From the NCBI GenBank assembly GCA_951406725.2, contig OX597823.1, forward strand, positions 55,800,001 through 55,864,000: a stretch of 64,000 bases of DNA. Reading direction: 5' to 3'. The notes under the pieces are model-generated. The model ran no database searches. It was not told where the DNA came from and saw only the letters and a list, made by a program, of their open reading frames with translations. The position numbers and the translations under genes are program-made. Shown here piece by piece: positions 27,827-43,412 of this stretch. Origin of the DNA: Octopus vulgaris (lineage: Eukaryota). Within the stretch, counting starts at the first letter, position 1; each line of letters starts with the position of its first letter.

Positions 27827-30800
27827 TTAGATAGATATCCAGTAGCATGTATTTTAATAATCAAAGACAAATGCAGGTATATTAAATATAATATAACAGA
27901 TTCTTTATTTATTGAAAATTATCACCGCCTATAATTGATGCGTCAAAATTACCAAATGACGATTACGAGGAGCTCCCTACGAGAAGGGGTTAGGTAGACA
28001 GGTAGACAGGTAGACAGAAAGATAGACAGTTAGATAGATCCCTCTGCGCTAACCCGGAGGCAAATGTCTTTTAATTAAAGGACAAATTCTTGAAGAAGGA
28101 TCATAGTAAAATGCGTTATTTGAAACCGAGTGTTAAAATCCTTAGAAACAGAAACTATTCAAAAGCCTGGGGAAACATAAAACAAACTTGCCAAAACATA
28201 AGTCAACATATCTCCGTTAACACCTTCGTACTAATTGATGTTCTTAGATTTTCCACCTTCAGTATTGACGTAATGATTGTTCTGACTTTAAACATGTCAG
28301 TAACTAACATATTGTTGTTGATGAGAGGGAGAGAGAGAGAGAGGCATAACCCTTCCTACTGAGTTAATATGCAGTAACATGTAGTTTACCGTCGTAAAAA
28401 GAAGTGAATGCAAATCGCAAAAGCAACCGGAAATGACGACATGGATATCCCAGGATATAAAAAGAACAGGCACCTATATGTATAGTACCTCCTTAGTGTT
28501 ATGTATTTCAGAAATAGCAGCTGAGGTACACCGTTCCAATGTAATTTACCCAACAATGAACTACACAGAGAAGTATACTTGTTTTCATCTTATATAAAAT
28601 ATATGAAATTTATCTACGTACTATACATAGGTTATATCGCATACATTGTTTGCATGAAATTATGGGATGTCGCTGCTGTCACTCCCTCTCGGTATCTTTC
28701 GCAATTTACGGGAGAATTTTCTTACAATTTTTTTTTTACACAGTAAACTACATGCTAACCTCCAACTACCACCTTCTAGGTGTGAGCTTGGAATTTGTTA
28801 AAGGAGATTGTGAAGCATGTGTCTATGGGAGTTTCCTGTCTCTTAAAGTTAAAATGACCTATCAGTAGGACGGATGGCAATACAGCTGTGAGAAACCCGG
28901 ACACATATTGCAAAGATACATCTACTGAAGAAAGATCATTACCGGTAGGCTGAATAACTCTGTGCAATTTGTGGGAAAAGATTCTCGTCGAAAGATGATG
29001 TCTTCATGCACAGAGAAACAAATGCGCATTAGAAAAAATATTCTACCAATGTGAAAAAGGTGGGAATATATTGTTTCTTGTTTTATCTATTATAGCTTAC
29101 TTGTTTCAGTCATTGTGACCCCATGGTGGGGTCACAGTACTCCCAGTACTTATCTTCTTTTTAAGCTTGCTACTTATTCTCTTGTTCTCGTATATCGAAC
29201 CGCTATGTTACGGGGACATAAACAAACCGACACCAGTTGTCAAGCGCTGATGGCGGACACACATACGCACACACATATACATACAATATATACACAATAT
29301 ATATATATATATGTCTGTCTGTTTGTGCGCTTATAACGCGAGTATTTTTCATCCCATCGCGCCGAAATTTTAAACATGGATACATTGAGAGAGCGGCATG
29401 TTCCGTAATCTAAAAAGATTTTCAAAATTGTCAGTTTCAAACTGAGAATCGCTATTTTTGTGTCCATCGGATGATTAAAACTTCTATTTTTATTTTTATT
29501 CGAAACTACGGTGCGTATCTCGTTGTTCTTACCACTACGCCATTGAAAATCGAAATAAAATACTTAAAGCAACAGTCGTCAAATACAATAGTGAAAGAAC
29601 TGTCAATTGTTTATATTTCACATGCAATATTCACTTTGGAGATAAAACAGCGTTCACTCTGGCGTATAGATGTCAACATGAGGTATGCTTGAGTGCAAGA
29701 AGTTTAAGGTCATTTATGATGCCCGATTGCTAAGATTCGTTATAAATCAGTTATCATTATTGAGAAGAAACAGTCAAAAGTAACCACCACATACAATCAC
29801 CAAACATCTCCACTACTTAACACCGTCCAAGTGAGTTCTTTTTTCACCTTTACAGCTGACATGAAAAACTACGAGGAAAAGCAACCATTTTGATTAAGCA
29901 AAAAAAGAGAAAAAAATGATTGCTATTAAAACGCGTAAAATTTTGGGGTTAATAATCATAATCTTTAGTTACAGTTTCTCATTCAAACTACATAATAGGC
30001 AGACTTGTCGGATTCTTTGTAATACATTCTCCACAAGGTTTTACAGCTGCTAAAATTAATCGACCAAGGTTCGGTATTCTTTCATTAAACAAGCTGAACA
30101 GATCAACATTATTAGATCAGATTTTTTTTTAAATCACAATTCAGTTACTTCTATACAATAATTTAAATGCTTCTAAATTGCTGTCATGTTTCATTCCAAG
30201 TCTTTCATTTTAAGTTATGTCGTTGAAACACCCTTAACTTTTAATAGTCCGTTTGATAAGTTCACAGCGCACTGCCGAATAAGTAAAATAACAAATACTT
30301 CTTTCATCAAAAGATCGCATTCACCCTAACCAAAAGTAACAACCCCATACAATCATCAAATATTTCTACAACTTAACACTGTCAAAGTTAACCCCATACA
30401 AACCGTCCAACAGACGGGGACGTTTGCTAGTATATATATATAGACATACATACACGACGGGCTTTTTCCAGATTCTGTCCACCAAACCCAAGGTATCACA
30501 CTGTGGGACGGAACCCAGAAGCATGTGATTGGAGCATGTAGCTGAAAAGCAAACTTCAAACATCTTATAACACAGCCACGCCTGTACTCGTATGTGGGGA
30601 ATTTTTTTATTTACAATTTGTGTTCCAGGTTTGTTAACCACAAACGTAGTTGCACTGGAGAAAGACTGTATCATTTTGAAATATCTGGAAAATCTTCTGT
30701 CTCTAATATCAATGTAACTAAAAACAAAAGATTACACACTGGACAAGTTTATTCTACATTTTACTTCTCTTAAGAAATAGTTTTACGATTGATTATTTAT

Positions 30801-31086
30801 TGATTTTAGAGAATAAATGAGTCTATATATGTGTGTGTTTTTATGCCTGTAAGAATATGTGTAAAAATGCCTGTGTGTATGTTTGTGTTTACGTGTGTAT
30901 GTGCTCTAATAGGTTCACACGTGCGTGTCTTGGCATGCGTATAAATAATATTCTTTGTTGGCGTTGTCTCTATGCAGCGATTTGTATAAACAGGGAAAAA
31001 AGAATAGTGATAAATAGATAGATAGATAGAAACAAACAGACAGACGGACGGACGGACGGACGGACAGATATACATACATACAGACG

Positions 31087-31163
<77 letters not shown>

Positions 31164-31400
31164 ACAAGCAGGCAAACAGACGGGCGGACGGACAGACAGA
31201 CAGACATACAGATAGATAAATAAGATGAACGGATGGATGGATAGATAGAGAGATAGTCAAACAAACAGACAGACAGATAGACAGATGACAGACATACAGA
31301 CATACATATATTTCATTACTAATTATGTATTTCTTTACTCCATACAGACATACATATAGACATACATACAGACAGACTGAGAAATAGATATATAGATAGG

Positions 31401-31473
<73 letters not shown>

Positions 31474-32003
31474 GGGTAGATAGATAGCTAGATAGATTGA
31501 TTGATAGATGTTTGTATGTAAGTTAATTAGTATGTATGCATATGTGAGTCTGTGTGCGATTCTGTGTGACTTTGTGTGTGTGTGCGCGCGCGCGTACCCC
31601 ATGATCACATGATCAGGGATTTTTGTACTTTGTTGTTGCTAGCTTGTTTATGTAACACTAAATCCCTACGTAACCCTAAATTCCTGATTTAGCACATCCA
31701 TGTACGAAAGCGTCACAATGAATCTACGAGACCATTATTCGGGTGTTACTCGAAGGAAATTTTGATAGCCGGGTAATTTCTAAAAAATCGATAGACGGCA
31801 TAGAAATTTCCCCGATCGTGACCTTCTTCCTTATCCTCAAAGTAAGAGGAAGATGTTTAGAGTTGAAACGTCCGTAGCATTTCTAAGAGCAATTAGAGGA
31901 ATGAGTGGACAATTATTTCAGCGGTGGTTTGGATCTCATTCGTAGTCTTGGCTCACTTCAGCAAGACATTAGTAACTACGTTATAATTTCGACATATAAG
32001 TAT

Positions 32004-32091
<88 letters not shown>

Positions 32092-32118
32092 AAACACATA
32101 CACACACACGAATATATA

Positions 32119-32378
32119 TATTTCGTTTGGGGATTTGGTTTGCAAGATTCTTTATTTGAGTTCGTGTGTTGAAGCATATTCTGTTATGTCTGGGAAGAGT
32201 CATTATCTTTTTGTGCCTTATAATTTAACATACTCACCGGTAAAATTCCCACTTATTTCTTATTTTTATTTTCTTAAAACTTTCGTTGCGTCTTGCAACA
32301 TCTTCAATAGTCTTGACCGGTGAGTGTGTTAAATTATATGGCACAAAAAGAAAATGACTCCCTAGACACAACAGTATA
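32119..32378. repeat. Fold-back element, same family as 43953-44300
   Basis: ~200-bp segment followed by a ~60-bp inverted copy. Confidence 0.82.
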
Positions 32379-32534
32379 TATATAGTCACAATGAGAATAT
32401 TTAAACCTCTAATAGGGATATTTTATCCAAGATACACTGATCTAGTATATTATATTTTGAAGCGATATTTCTTGAATGAATATATTACATAAAATATCGT
32501 AAAATATCAAACATTATTATCGAGTTTTCTAACT

Positions 32535-32582
<48 letters not shown>

Positions 32583-32963
32583 GCTAATGACCATAAAATT
32601 CTTGTTACATGTACATATTTCAATTTTAATTGATTTCATTAAAGAAATATTCAATTTTAGCATGTGGCATACTCATGATGATTAATTACTATGGAGAGGA
32701 CAATCTCTTTTAGATTATATTAAAAGGTGAAGCAGATATGGATGTTTTGAATTTACATGAAAGAGTATACATTAAAGTTTCTCGTCGTTGGTCGCCATGT
32801 ATAGCGCTATTTCATCCTTCTTTGATATTTTCCATGCTTTTTAAACGGAAACTGTCCCTCTTCCTCCTCCTCCTCCTCCTCTCTTTCTCTCTCTCTCTCT
32901 CTTCCTCCTCTCTCTTTTCAAATCAAAAAGGTAAAGCGTTTCAAATCAGAATGGTGGAGAGAG

Positions 32964-32994
<31 letters not shown>

Positions 32995-33265
32995 GAGGGG
33001 AGACAGAAAGAAAAAGAGAAAGTTAGAATGAATGAACACAGAGACATTTTTTCCAAATCGGAGAGACAGAGGGCTGATCAGCAGTGAAACATTGACATTA
33101 TCATCATCGTCGTCGTCGTCATCATGAACATCATCATCATCATATTCATCGTCATCATCAACTATAACAACAATAACTACTACTACTACTACTACTATGC
33201 TACTACTGCTGCTGCTATTTTTACTACTACTTCTACAACCACTATTATTGCAGCTACTACTATTG

Positions 33266-33297
<32 letters not shown>

Positions 33298-33298
33298 G

Positions 33299-33397
<99 letters not shown>

Positions 33398-34393
33398 TTA
33401 CTAGAATTACCACCACCACCACCACCACCACCACCACCACCACTACCACAACCACCACTACTATTAATACGACGACGACTGCTACCACTACTAGTACTAG
33501 TAACTCCAGAAATACAGAAGAATGAAAAAAGTAAGCAGACAAGCATTATAAAATCTAAACAAACATGAAATTATAGGTCGTCTTTGAAGAAGAAAAAATA
33601 AAGTCTTTTAAAATGATATTCTCGTCTGTGAAATTTCAATATATTTTTAAGTGCCAAAGAAACGTATGGAGATTGTTTTCGTCTTAAATGTTAAATGTAA
33701 AGTCAGACATTTTACATCGTGATGGACACGATGGTAGAGGTGGTTAAGATGGTTTATGTTGGTGAAGTGAAGTGGATGACGGCCATAGTAGTGTTTGTGC
33801 TGGATGTCAATGTGATTTCATAGTGAAGTCGAAGTCGTAGCATTGGTAGAAAAGGTAATGGTTGCTGGATTGACACACAAGGATGGCTGCATGGTTACGA
33901 AATTGGCTTCTCAGCTACTCTTGGATATGCGTTCAGTCCCGTTGGGAGGCATCTTGGGCTAGTGTTTTCTGTTAGAGCTCCGGGCCGACTAGATCTTTGG
34001 GAAAGGATTTCGTAGACGGAAACTGAAAAAAAGCCGTCGTATATATATATATATATATTGTATTCATTGTATTTATTATTGTATTTATATTTATGTAACT
34101 TTGTCCGTTTTGTTTTCGTACTTGTTTTTGTATACATTCCTTGCTTTCTTCCAAGGAATCTAATGCTCTTAGCTTAGTTTTTCTTTAGGGCTGGCCAGAT
34201 TGGCGCAATCTCAAGAATAATCAGCCGAAATTGCGAGGATATTCTGGTGCTTGACCGAGGAAAGAAAACTTCGAATAACCCGTCCTTGTTTTCTTTGTAC
34301 CGTCTATCTGGATGTTTTGTTTTCCCTTTTTGTATCACCTAGTTGTCCGGATGTTTTGCGTTCTTATCCCATTTTGTATTTTATATATATATA

Positions 34394-34471
<78 letters not shown>

Positions 34472-35690
34472 CACACAAATATATATACCTGTGTATGTGT
34501 GTGTGTGTCTGCATATATTTTCATGTGTGTTTTCATATATTTGCGTTTGTGTTTTCTATATTTGTCCTTGTCTTCCCTCTGCTCCACACTCAATATGTTT
34601 TTTTTTTCATCCCATAACTTAGCTGTTCGGCAAGGTAGACCAATAGAATATGTAGCAGAGGTTTCAGAAAATAAATAACTGGGATCGATTAGTACGACTA
34701 AAACACTTTAAGGCCGTGTCCCATCATGGCCACAGCCAAATGACTAAATTAAAAAAGATAATCTTTTGGTTGTGAAATTTGGTGTTGGGGTTTAGTAGGT
34801 ACTCGTGGTAGAAGGTGATGTTCGCTGTCTCCAAGTCAAACATAATCGAAGAGATCTGTGATGAAAGACATGGGTCTTCCCATATTTTCAACGGTTTTTC
34901 TATGACTATATTGTCCAAAGTAGCCTCACCTTTTCAGACACTAGGGTGTCATTTGATTTAAGAGAAATTTGGTAACCATGTCTAGCAAGTAAAGAGAACA
35001 CATGGAGGTACCACGCCCTAGTATCTTGTATGTTACGATGACGTTATTGTTGTTGTGGCTGTTGCTGCTGCTGTTGTTGTTGACAAACGATCGAATGAAT
35101 CGACCCATGTACTTATTCTTTTGCAAGCTTGGTATTCTTTTATCGGGATCCTTTATTGAACATCTAAGTTACAGGGACGTAAACAAACCGACGCCAGTTG
35201 TCAAGCAGTGGGGGGGGGCAAACACCGGTTGACAACCGGTGCTGGTGTTTTCACGTCTCCGTAACTTAGCTGTTCGGTAAAAGAATCCGATACACACACC
35301 ATGATACACGGGCTTCTTTCAGTTTCCGTCTACCAAATCCACTCGTGAGATTTTGGTCGGTCATAGGCTATAATAGAAGACATTTGCCCAAAGTATCAGG
35401 AAGTGGGACTGAATCTGGAACCATGGTGGTTGGGAAGCAAACAATTTACCACCACACAGGCACACCTGCACCAGTATATATGTATATATATATATAATAT
35501 ATATATGGGCAATGGACATGAGTTAAAACGAGTGAAGAACAAATATATAGTGCGTGTGTTTATTTGGCAAAAAATAAATGACCGTCCTGAAATACAATAT
35601 GTTTCAACACACAATTTCACACCAGGAATCTTGCAACACAAATTGATAAACGTATACATACATACATACATACATATATGATATATATAT

Positions 35691-35741
<51 letters not shown>

Positions 35742-35798
35742 ATATATATATTGGCAGGGCTTGACTGCTAGGAATTAATATTAATTTATCTCCCTCAT

Positions 35799-35834
<36 letters not shown>

Positions 35835-35892
35835 TGGGGAGATAAATTAATATTAATTCCTAGCAGTCAAGCCCTGCCAATATATACATACA

Positions 35893-35947
<55 letters not shown>

Positions 35948-38045
35948 GTACACACACATATATATATATACGTACAGACATACATAGACCTTACGTGTGT
36001 GTGTGTGGATGTACACCTATATACATGTGTGTATACATAAAAACATATGTACGCATACTCTCTATTACACACATACATACATATCTATGATTGCGCCGTA
36101 ATTGAATGGCATTTACTTACTATAAAATTTAATTTGACGTTTGCTATGGTCGGTTCTAAAATACTCGCTTTAAATAACTTTGGAGAAAATGTTTCACCTC
36201 TCTTTTTGAATTACATATGAGACACACCAGAAATCATTCTATTCATCCAGTAAATAGAGAGCAAGATGATATTCTGGAGCAAATTCCTCTCCAACTTGGT
36301 AGCTATAATTGAAAAATCATAAGAATAGGACTGAAATTTGTCAAACAGGGTTAGATCGACATTCATTGAAACGGTCTTATAGAAATCTGCTTCTGTTCTA
36401 TGCTATTTCCACCAAACCTGTTAGTTTTCAAATGCACATCCGCCCATCTTTCTCTCCCTTCTCTCTGCCTACACACACTCTCTCTTCTTTTCCCGCTCTC
36501 ATTTACTCTCTCTCTCCCTCCCTCTGTTTCTGCATGTATACACACACATACACACACACGCATATATATATATGCATCTATAAATACCTACAGATATATC
36601 CATCCTTATGTGTACGCAGGCATACGTACATACATACATACATACACACATACACATTCATACATACATACATACATACACACATACACATACATACATA
36701 TATGTACATATATATACATATATATATATATATATGTACATACATATATATGTGTGTGTGTTTGTGTGTGTGTGTGTACGTAGATATATAATTATATGTG
36801 TGTATGTATGAATATATGTATGTTCACACACACATACACAATGTGTGTGTGTGTGCGTGTGTGTGTGTGTTTGTGTGTGTTTGTGTGTATGTGTGTACAT
36901 AGATATATAATTATATGTGTGCATGTATGAATATATGTATGTTCATACACACATACACACATGTATATATATATACGCACACACAGATACACAATGTGTG
37001 TGGGTGCGTGTGGGTGTGTGTGTGTTTGTGTGTGTTTGTGTATGTGTGTGTGTGTGTGTGTGTGCTAATGCAATTTCAATTCCAGACACATAGAAGCACA
37101 CACGAAATACATGTACATCGTCAGTAACACGTCGTTCCTAAAACCGCCAAACTATTAACTTCTTTTATCGATCTCGATTGCATGAAAGGCAAAAATCTGT
37201 CTTTGCGTTTACATATCGTAATAAGTTCGAATAGCGTCACATATAATTTTTTTAATCTACTATAAAATTATTAAGAAAAAGTAAATAGATAAAAAGTAAA
37301 AAAAAAAATAATAATAATAATAATAATAATAATAAACGAAACAACAAAATAAGCAAGGCAAAATATCTTTTAATCTATTTATCGTTTTTTAGAAAAATTC
37401 TGATGAACACATGACTTCAGTTCAATTAACGTCGAGATACATGCGAGATTCTCGTGTCATTTGGTGACGTATTAATAGCACTCTAGCACTCACCTCCTGT
37501 TATCTTATAAATCTCTCGCTTTGTAGCTGTGTTTTTTTTGTTTTGTTTTGTTTTTCTTTGTTTCTTGTACATCATAGTGCTTATTTATATGCTGCGTAAA
37601 TTCGGTGGTTACGCACATACACACACACATGCACATACGCAGACGCATACACAGACACACACATGCACATATAGAGACGCATATACACACACACATATAT
37701 TTAAGTATACATATGTATGTATGTATGTATCTATCTATGAATAAACACACCTGTGAATATATATATATATGTATGTATATATATATATGTATATATACAC
37801 ACACATATATGTATGTATATATATATATGTATATGTATACACACACATATATATGTGTATATATTCATATACATACACTTATATACATTATCGTTTATAC
37901 ATATATATATATATATTTACACACACATATATATATATACATACATACACACACACATATATATGTATACATACATACATATATATATATACATACATAC
38001 ATATATATATATATACATACATACATATATATAACATACATATAT

Positions 38046-38125
<80 letters not shown>

Positions 38126-38297
38126 ACGTATATATATATTTCTGTGTATGTGTGTCCTCGTGTGCATGCAAACATATAAACTCTTGCACACACACACACA
38201 CATAATACATATACGTACGTGATAAATATACGTATATATGTGCAATTGCGTGTATGCGTGTGTTTGTGTTTGTGTGTGTATGCGTGTGCTTGTGTGT

Positions 38298-38361
<64 letters not shown>

Positions 38362-38569
38362 TTCTGTATCTTTCCCCCAACGTATGTGCTTGCGCTTACG
38401 CGCATATAATTGCAAACTATCTGTGAATGTCGATGTATTTACATATAATTATGTGTTTACCGATTAATATAACCCAGTATGTACATATGCAGACTTACAG
38501 ACTGACTTACAAACACGTATGTATGTATATATGTATGTATACATATTTGTATGAATGCATACACATACA

Positions 38570-38605
<36 letters not shown>

Positions 38606-39167
38606 ACCAATGCAATAATTCAATTTATAACCACTTTAGCAATCTATAATTATAGGCGTGTTGACAACCAAGAAACAGAAGCTTGTTTTGAAGTATTCAT
38701 TAAATGATATAACACTCTATCATGAAATTGTTTGACGCCTCGTTTCACATCTGTAACCAATATTGAACCGCTCGCGCCTCGCTTCACTTTCGCCAAGAAA
38801 TGAAGTGTTAGAGAGAAGGGGTGCACTACAGAACATTTCGTCAATCTTGTTAGCAGTAGAACACTGTAAAAACCCGGAAAGCGATTAATCGCTAGGTTGT
38901 TGTTGTTGACGTTGACGTTGGAGGTCGTAGTGGTTGAGGTGTTGTAGGTATTAAGAGTGTCTAGCCGTAGGTCAGTTATATGACATATGAGCAATCCGAA
39001 TAACGACGACGACGGGGCAGCAAGCACAGATTCATCTTTTCCGTTGTACTCCGTCTCCATCAAGCCGAAGACAATACTGTATACTCAATCATACAATTCT
39101 GATTCGTTTGGAACGCAATGTCGCTATCTTGACATACTGCATTTTCTGCACTGTCCAGACTATATCT

Positions 39168-39574
39168 ATTTCTTTACTACCTACAAGGGGCTAAACACAG
39201 AGGGGACAGACAAGGACAGATAGGTATTAAGTCGATTACATCGACCCCAGTGTGTAACTGGTACTTAATTTATCGACCCCGAAAGGATGAAAGACAAAGT
39301 CGACCTCGGCGGAATTTGAACTCACAACGTATCGCAGACGAAATACCTATTTCTTTATTAGCCACAAGGGGCTAAACATAGAGGGGACAAACAAGGACAG
39401 ACATAGGTATTAAGTCGATTACATCGACCCCAGTGTGAAACTGGTACTTAATTTATCGACCCCGAAAGGATGAAAGACAAAGTCGACCTCGGCGGAATTT
39501 GAACTCACAACGTAACTCAGACGAAATACCGTTAAGCATTTCGCCCGGCGTGCTAACGTTTCTGCCAGCTCGCC
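39168..39574 (-). mobile_element. SINE family B, tandem body, 10-bp TSD
   Basis: GACTATATCT at 39158-39167 and 39575-39584. Confidence 0.9.
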
Positions 39575-39863
39575 GACTATATCTGTACAGCTGTAGACCC
39601 GAGTGGTCGTCACGACGGAGCTAAGTAAAGTGGATTTGTTCAAAGCGTAGTAGCTACTATTCTTCTCACCGTTGTTGTTGGTGTTCTTTCCAGAACAGTG
39701 TCCGAAACTAGTTAGCTTATTGGTGTTGCATATATTTTGTGGATGGAGGCGCAATGGCCCAGTGAGAATCGCGGTTTCGATTCCCAGACCGGGCATTATG
39801 TGTGTTTATTGAGCGAAAACACCTAGAAACTCCACGATCTCCGGCAGGGGGTGGTGGCGACAC

Positions 39864-40264
39864 CTCTCTTTTACTTGTTTCAGTCATTTGACTGCGGCCA
39901 TGCTGGAGCACCGCCTTTAATCGAGCAACTCTACCCCAGGACTTATTCTTTTGTAAGCCCAGTACTTATTCTATCGGTCTCTTTTGCCGAACCGCTAAGT
40001 AACGGGGACATAAACACACCAGCATCGGTTGTCAAGCAATGCTAGGGGGACAAACACAGACACACAAACACACACACACGCATATATATATATATATACA
40101 TATATACGACGGGCTTCTTTCAGTTTCCGTCTACCAAATCCACTCACAAGGCTTTGGTCGGCCCGAGGCAATAGTAGAAGACACTTGCCCAAGGTGCCAC
40201 GCAGTGGGACTGAACCCGGAACCATGTGGCTGGTAAACAAGCTACTTACCACACAGCCACTCCT
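39864..40264 (-). mobile_element. SINE family A nested in another tRNA-SINE (39746-40430)
   Basis: Interrupts an element with ggaggcgcaatggccca..ggtttcgattccc head. Confidence 0.85.
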
Positions 40265-40627
40265 AACCCCTGTTGTATTCTTTCGCCCCAACTTTCTCTC
40301 ACTCTTTCTTCCAGTTTCTTGAGTAACGCTGCGATGGACTGGCGTCCCGTCCAGCTGGGGGGGGGGGCACATACGCTACAGAAACCGGGAAACCGGGCCC
40401 ATGAGCCTGGCTAGGCTTTAAAAGGGCGCATAAATAAAAAATATATTTTGCTGTTAAGTGCTCCTGACATTTAACTATTTTGAACGGGAGAGATATTGTT
40501 TCTAGATTTTTGTAATAGTCTCCTATCGTATTGTATGTGTATCTGGTTATTCCTAGGTTGTTTTTTCGTCATGTGTTGTTTGGGTATTGTTGGGGGTTGG
40601 AACATGTTACATGAAAAGCAAAACGAA

Positions 40628-40779
40628 TGTATTTTATCGATCACGTTTGGTGAACCGCTCAGTTATTTTATCGATCGCTTTTGGCGAACCGTGAAGTTAT
40701 TTTATCGATCACGTTTGGCGAACCGCTATGTTATTTTATCGATGTAATCTGGTGAACCGTGCAGTTACTTTATCGATCA
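40628..40779 (+). repeat. Detached short block of the 34-bp satellite
   Basis: About 4.5 units of the same consensus. Confidence 0.85.
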
Positions 40780-41223
40780 TAAAAAAATGTGCTCCTTTCA
40801 TACCCAGGGGATAAAAAAATCTTTCGCTTTTATTTTTGTAATATAAATTTATCTCTATCCTCTTTTCATATAACAAAACATAGATGACCATATCAGATTT
40901 AGATTTCGAAGTTTCTATATTCTTAAGAAGTAAACAACATACGATTCTCGCAGATAAGAAGAAAGCTTTTAAAATCGATCACCAAATTCGAAGCTTGCTT
41001 TGATGTGACGGTAAGACATCTGTCATGTTTCCAGAAGATGTAGGTTTAAGAAGAGCAGGCAAGGCAAGCTTTTAACTTTTATAACCCAGTGTTCTAGAGG
41101 CTATTTTTTATATCTTTATATCTAGGTCGAGTTCTGCCGTTAAAAAACGATTAAGATTATAGAATAATTATTTTAATGATCTGTTATTCTACAATTTTTC
41201 ATGTAATTCAATTAATGTTCATA

Positions 41224-42970
41224 GTTATTTTATCCATCAGTGTTTGGCGAACCGCTAAGTTATTTTATCGATCACGTTTGGCGAACCGCTACGTGATTTT
41301 ATCGATCTCTTTTGGTGAACCGCGAAGTTACTTTATCCATCTCGTTTGGCGAACCGCTAATGTTATTTTATCGATGTCATTTGGCGAGTCGCTAGGTAAT
41401 TTGATCGATATCCTTTGGTGAACCGCTAAGTTATTTTATCGATCACGTTTGGCCAACCGCTAACTTATTTTCACGATCACGTTTGGCGAATCACTAAGTT
41501 ATTTTATCGATCTCATGCGGCGAAACGCTAGTTTATTTTATCGATCTCTTTAGGCGAACCGCGAATGTATTTTATCGATTACGTTTGACTAACCGGTACG
41601 TGAGCTTATCGATCTCTTTTGGCGAACCGCTATGTTATTTTATCGATCTGGTTTGCTTTGGCGAACCGCTAAGTTATTTTATCGATCTGGTTTGGCGAAC
41701 CGCAAAATAATTTTATCGAACTCCTTTGGCGAACCGCTAAGTTATTTTATCAATCACGCTTGACGAATCACTAAGTTATTTTATCGATCTCCTTTGGCGA
41801 AAAGCTATGTTATTTTATCGATCACCTTTGGCAAACAGCTATGATATTTTATCGATCAAGTTTGGCAAACAGCTACGTGATTTTATCGATCTCTTTTAGT
41901 GAATCGCGAAATTATTTTATCAATCAGGTTTGGCGAATCACTAAGTTATTTTATCGATCATCTTTGGCGAACTGCTATGTCATTTTATCAGATACTTTTG
42001 GCGAACCGTTAAGTTATTTTATCGATATCTTTTGGCGAACCGCTGTTATTTTATCGATCACCTTTGGCAAACCGCTACGTTATTTTATTGATCACATTTG
42101 GCGAACCGCTAAGTTATTTTATCAATGTCATTTGGCGAACCGCTAAGTTATTTTATCGATATCTTTTAGCGAACCGCTAGTTTATTTTCTCGATCCCGTT
42201 TGGCGAACCGCTACGTTATTTTATTGATCTCGTTTGTGCGAACCGCTAAGTTATTTTATTGAGCCCGTTTGGCGAACTGCTATATTATTTTATTGAGCCC
42301 GTTTGGCGAACCACTAAATTATTTTATCGATCACGTTTAGCGAACCGTTAAGTTATTTATATAGCTATTTTATTTTATCGATCTCGTTTGGTGAATCGCT
42401 CATGTTTTTTATCGATCTCATTTGCAGAAGCGCTACGTTATTTTATCGATCATGTTTGGCGAACCGCTATGTTAAGTTATTTTATCCATCACATTTGGTA
42501 AACCGCGAAGTTATTTTATCGAACTTATTTAGCGAACCGCACAGTTATCGATGTCGATTGGCGAATCGCTAAGTTTTTTATCGATCAGGTTTGGCGAATC
42601 GCTATGCCATTTTATCGATCAACTTTGGCGAACCGCACAGTAATTTTCTCCATATCCTTTGGCGACCGCTATGTTATTTTATTGATCTCTTTAGGCGAAC
42701 CGCTAAGTTATTTTATCGACCACGTTTGGCGAACCGCTAAGTTATTTTATCGTTCCTTTTGGCAAACCGCTAAATTATTTTATCGATCTCGATTGGTGAA
42801 CAGCTAAGTTGTTTTATCAAGCATCTTTGGAGAACCGCTGTGTTATTTTATCAAACCCGTTTGGCGAATCACTAAGTTATTTTATCGATCTTATTTGGCA
42901 CACCGCTAGCTTATTTTATCTATCTTGTTTGGCGAACCGCTCAGTTATTTTATCGATCTAATTTGGCGAA
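41224..42970 (+). repeat. ~34-bp satellite (~50 units) derived from a SINE segment
   Basis: Consensus GTTATTTTATCGATCNNNTTTGGCGAACCGCTAA versus SINE cttattctatcggtctcttttgccgaaccgctaag. Confidence 0.92.
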
Positions 42971-43029
42971 TAGGAAACTCCCACAAAATGTTACATTTCT
43001 CTGACATTTCTCTGACTTCAGTACTCTTT

Positions 43030-43366
43030 CGATTCGATGATTGTACCATGTGTTTTCTCCTTCAAATCTCCATTTCTGGCACAGTTTCCAGTGTAAAACT
43101 TTTACAATCTAGTCGTGCCACCATTTCTTATATTATTCCTGTGCCAAATTGGGCATTCACCTATAATATGTGCCACTGACTCGTTCCAAGTTCCATAGGC
43201 TCTACATTCTTCTGTCACATTCTCTCCATATATTTCTTTTTCAAGTACGTGGAACAAATAGAGGCTGCAATACGGGTAGAGCACTTACACTGCTTGGAAC
43301 CGGAAGGTGCTAGAAAAATAAGAGGTGTCACCTTAGTTTACTGGTAGTTAGAAGCTGTGCAAAGGC

Positions 43367-43410
<44 letters not shown>
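43030..43410. mobile_element. R4/Dong-like LINE 3' end with inverted 5' segment
   Basis: Minus strand: ECRAYG..ESVAHIIGECP CCHC relic. Plus strand from ~43243: KYVEQI..EHL..LLGT..RKVLEK* followed by (TAA)n. Confidence 0.65.

Positions 43411-43412
<2 letters not shown>

Noticed and set aside
41224-42970. CRISPR-like array
   Set aside because: Units are contiguous with only 3-5 variable bases. There are no unique spacers and no cas genes, the context is eukaryotic, and the unit matches a SINE.
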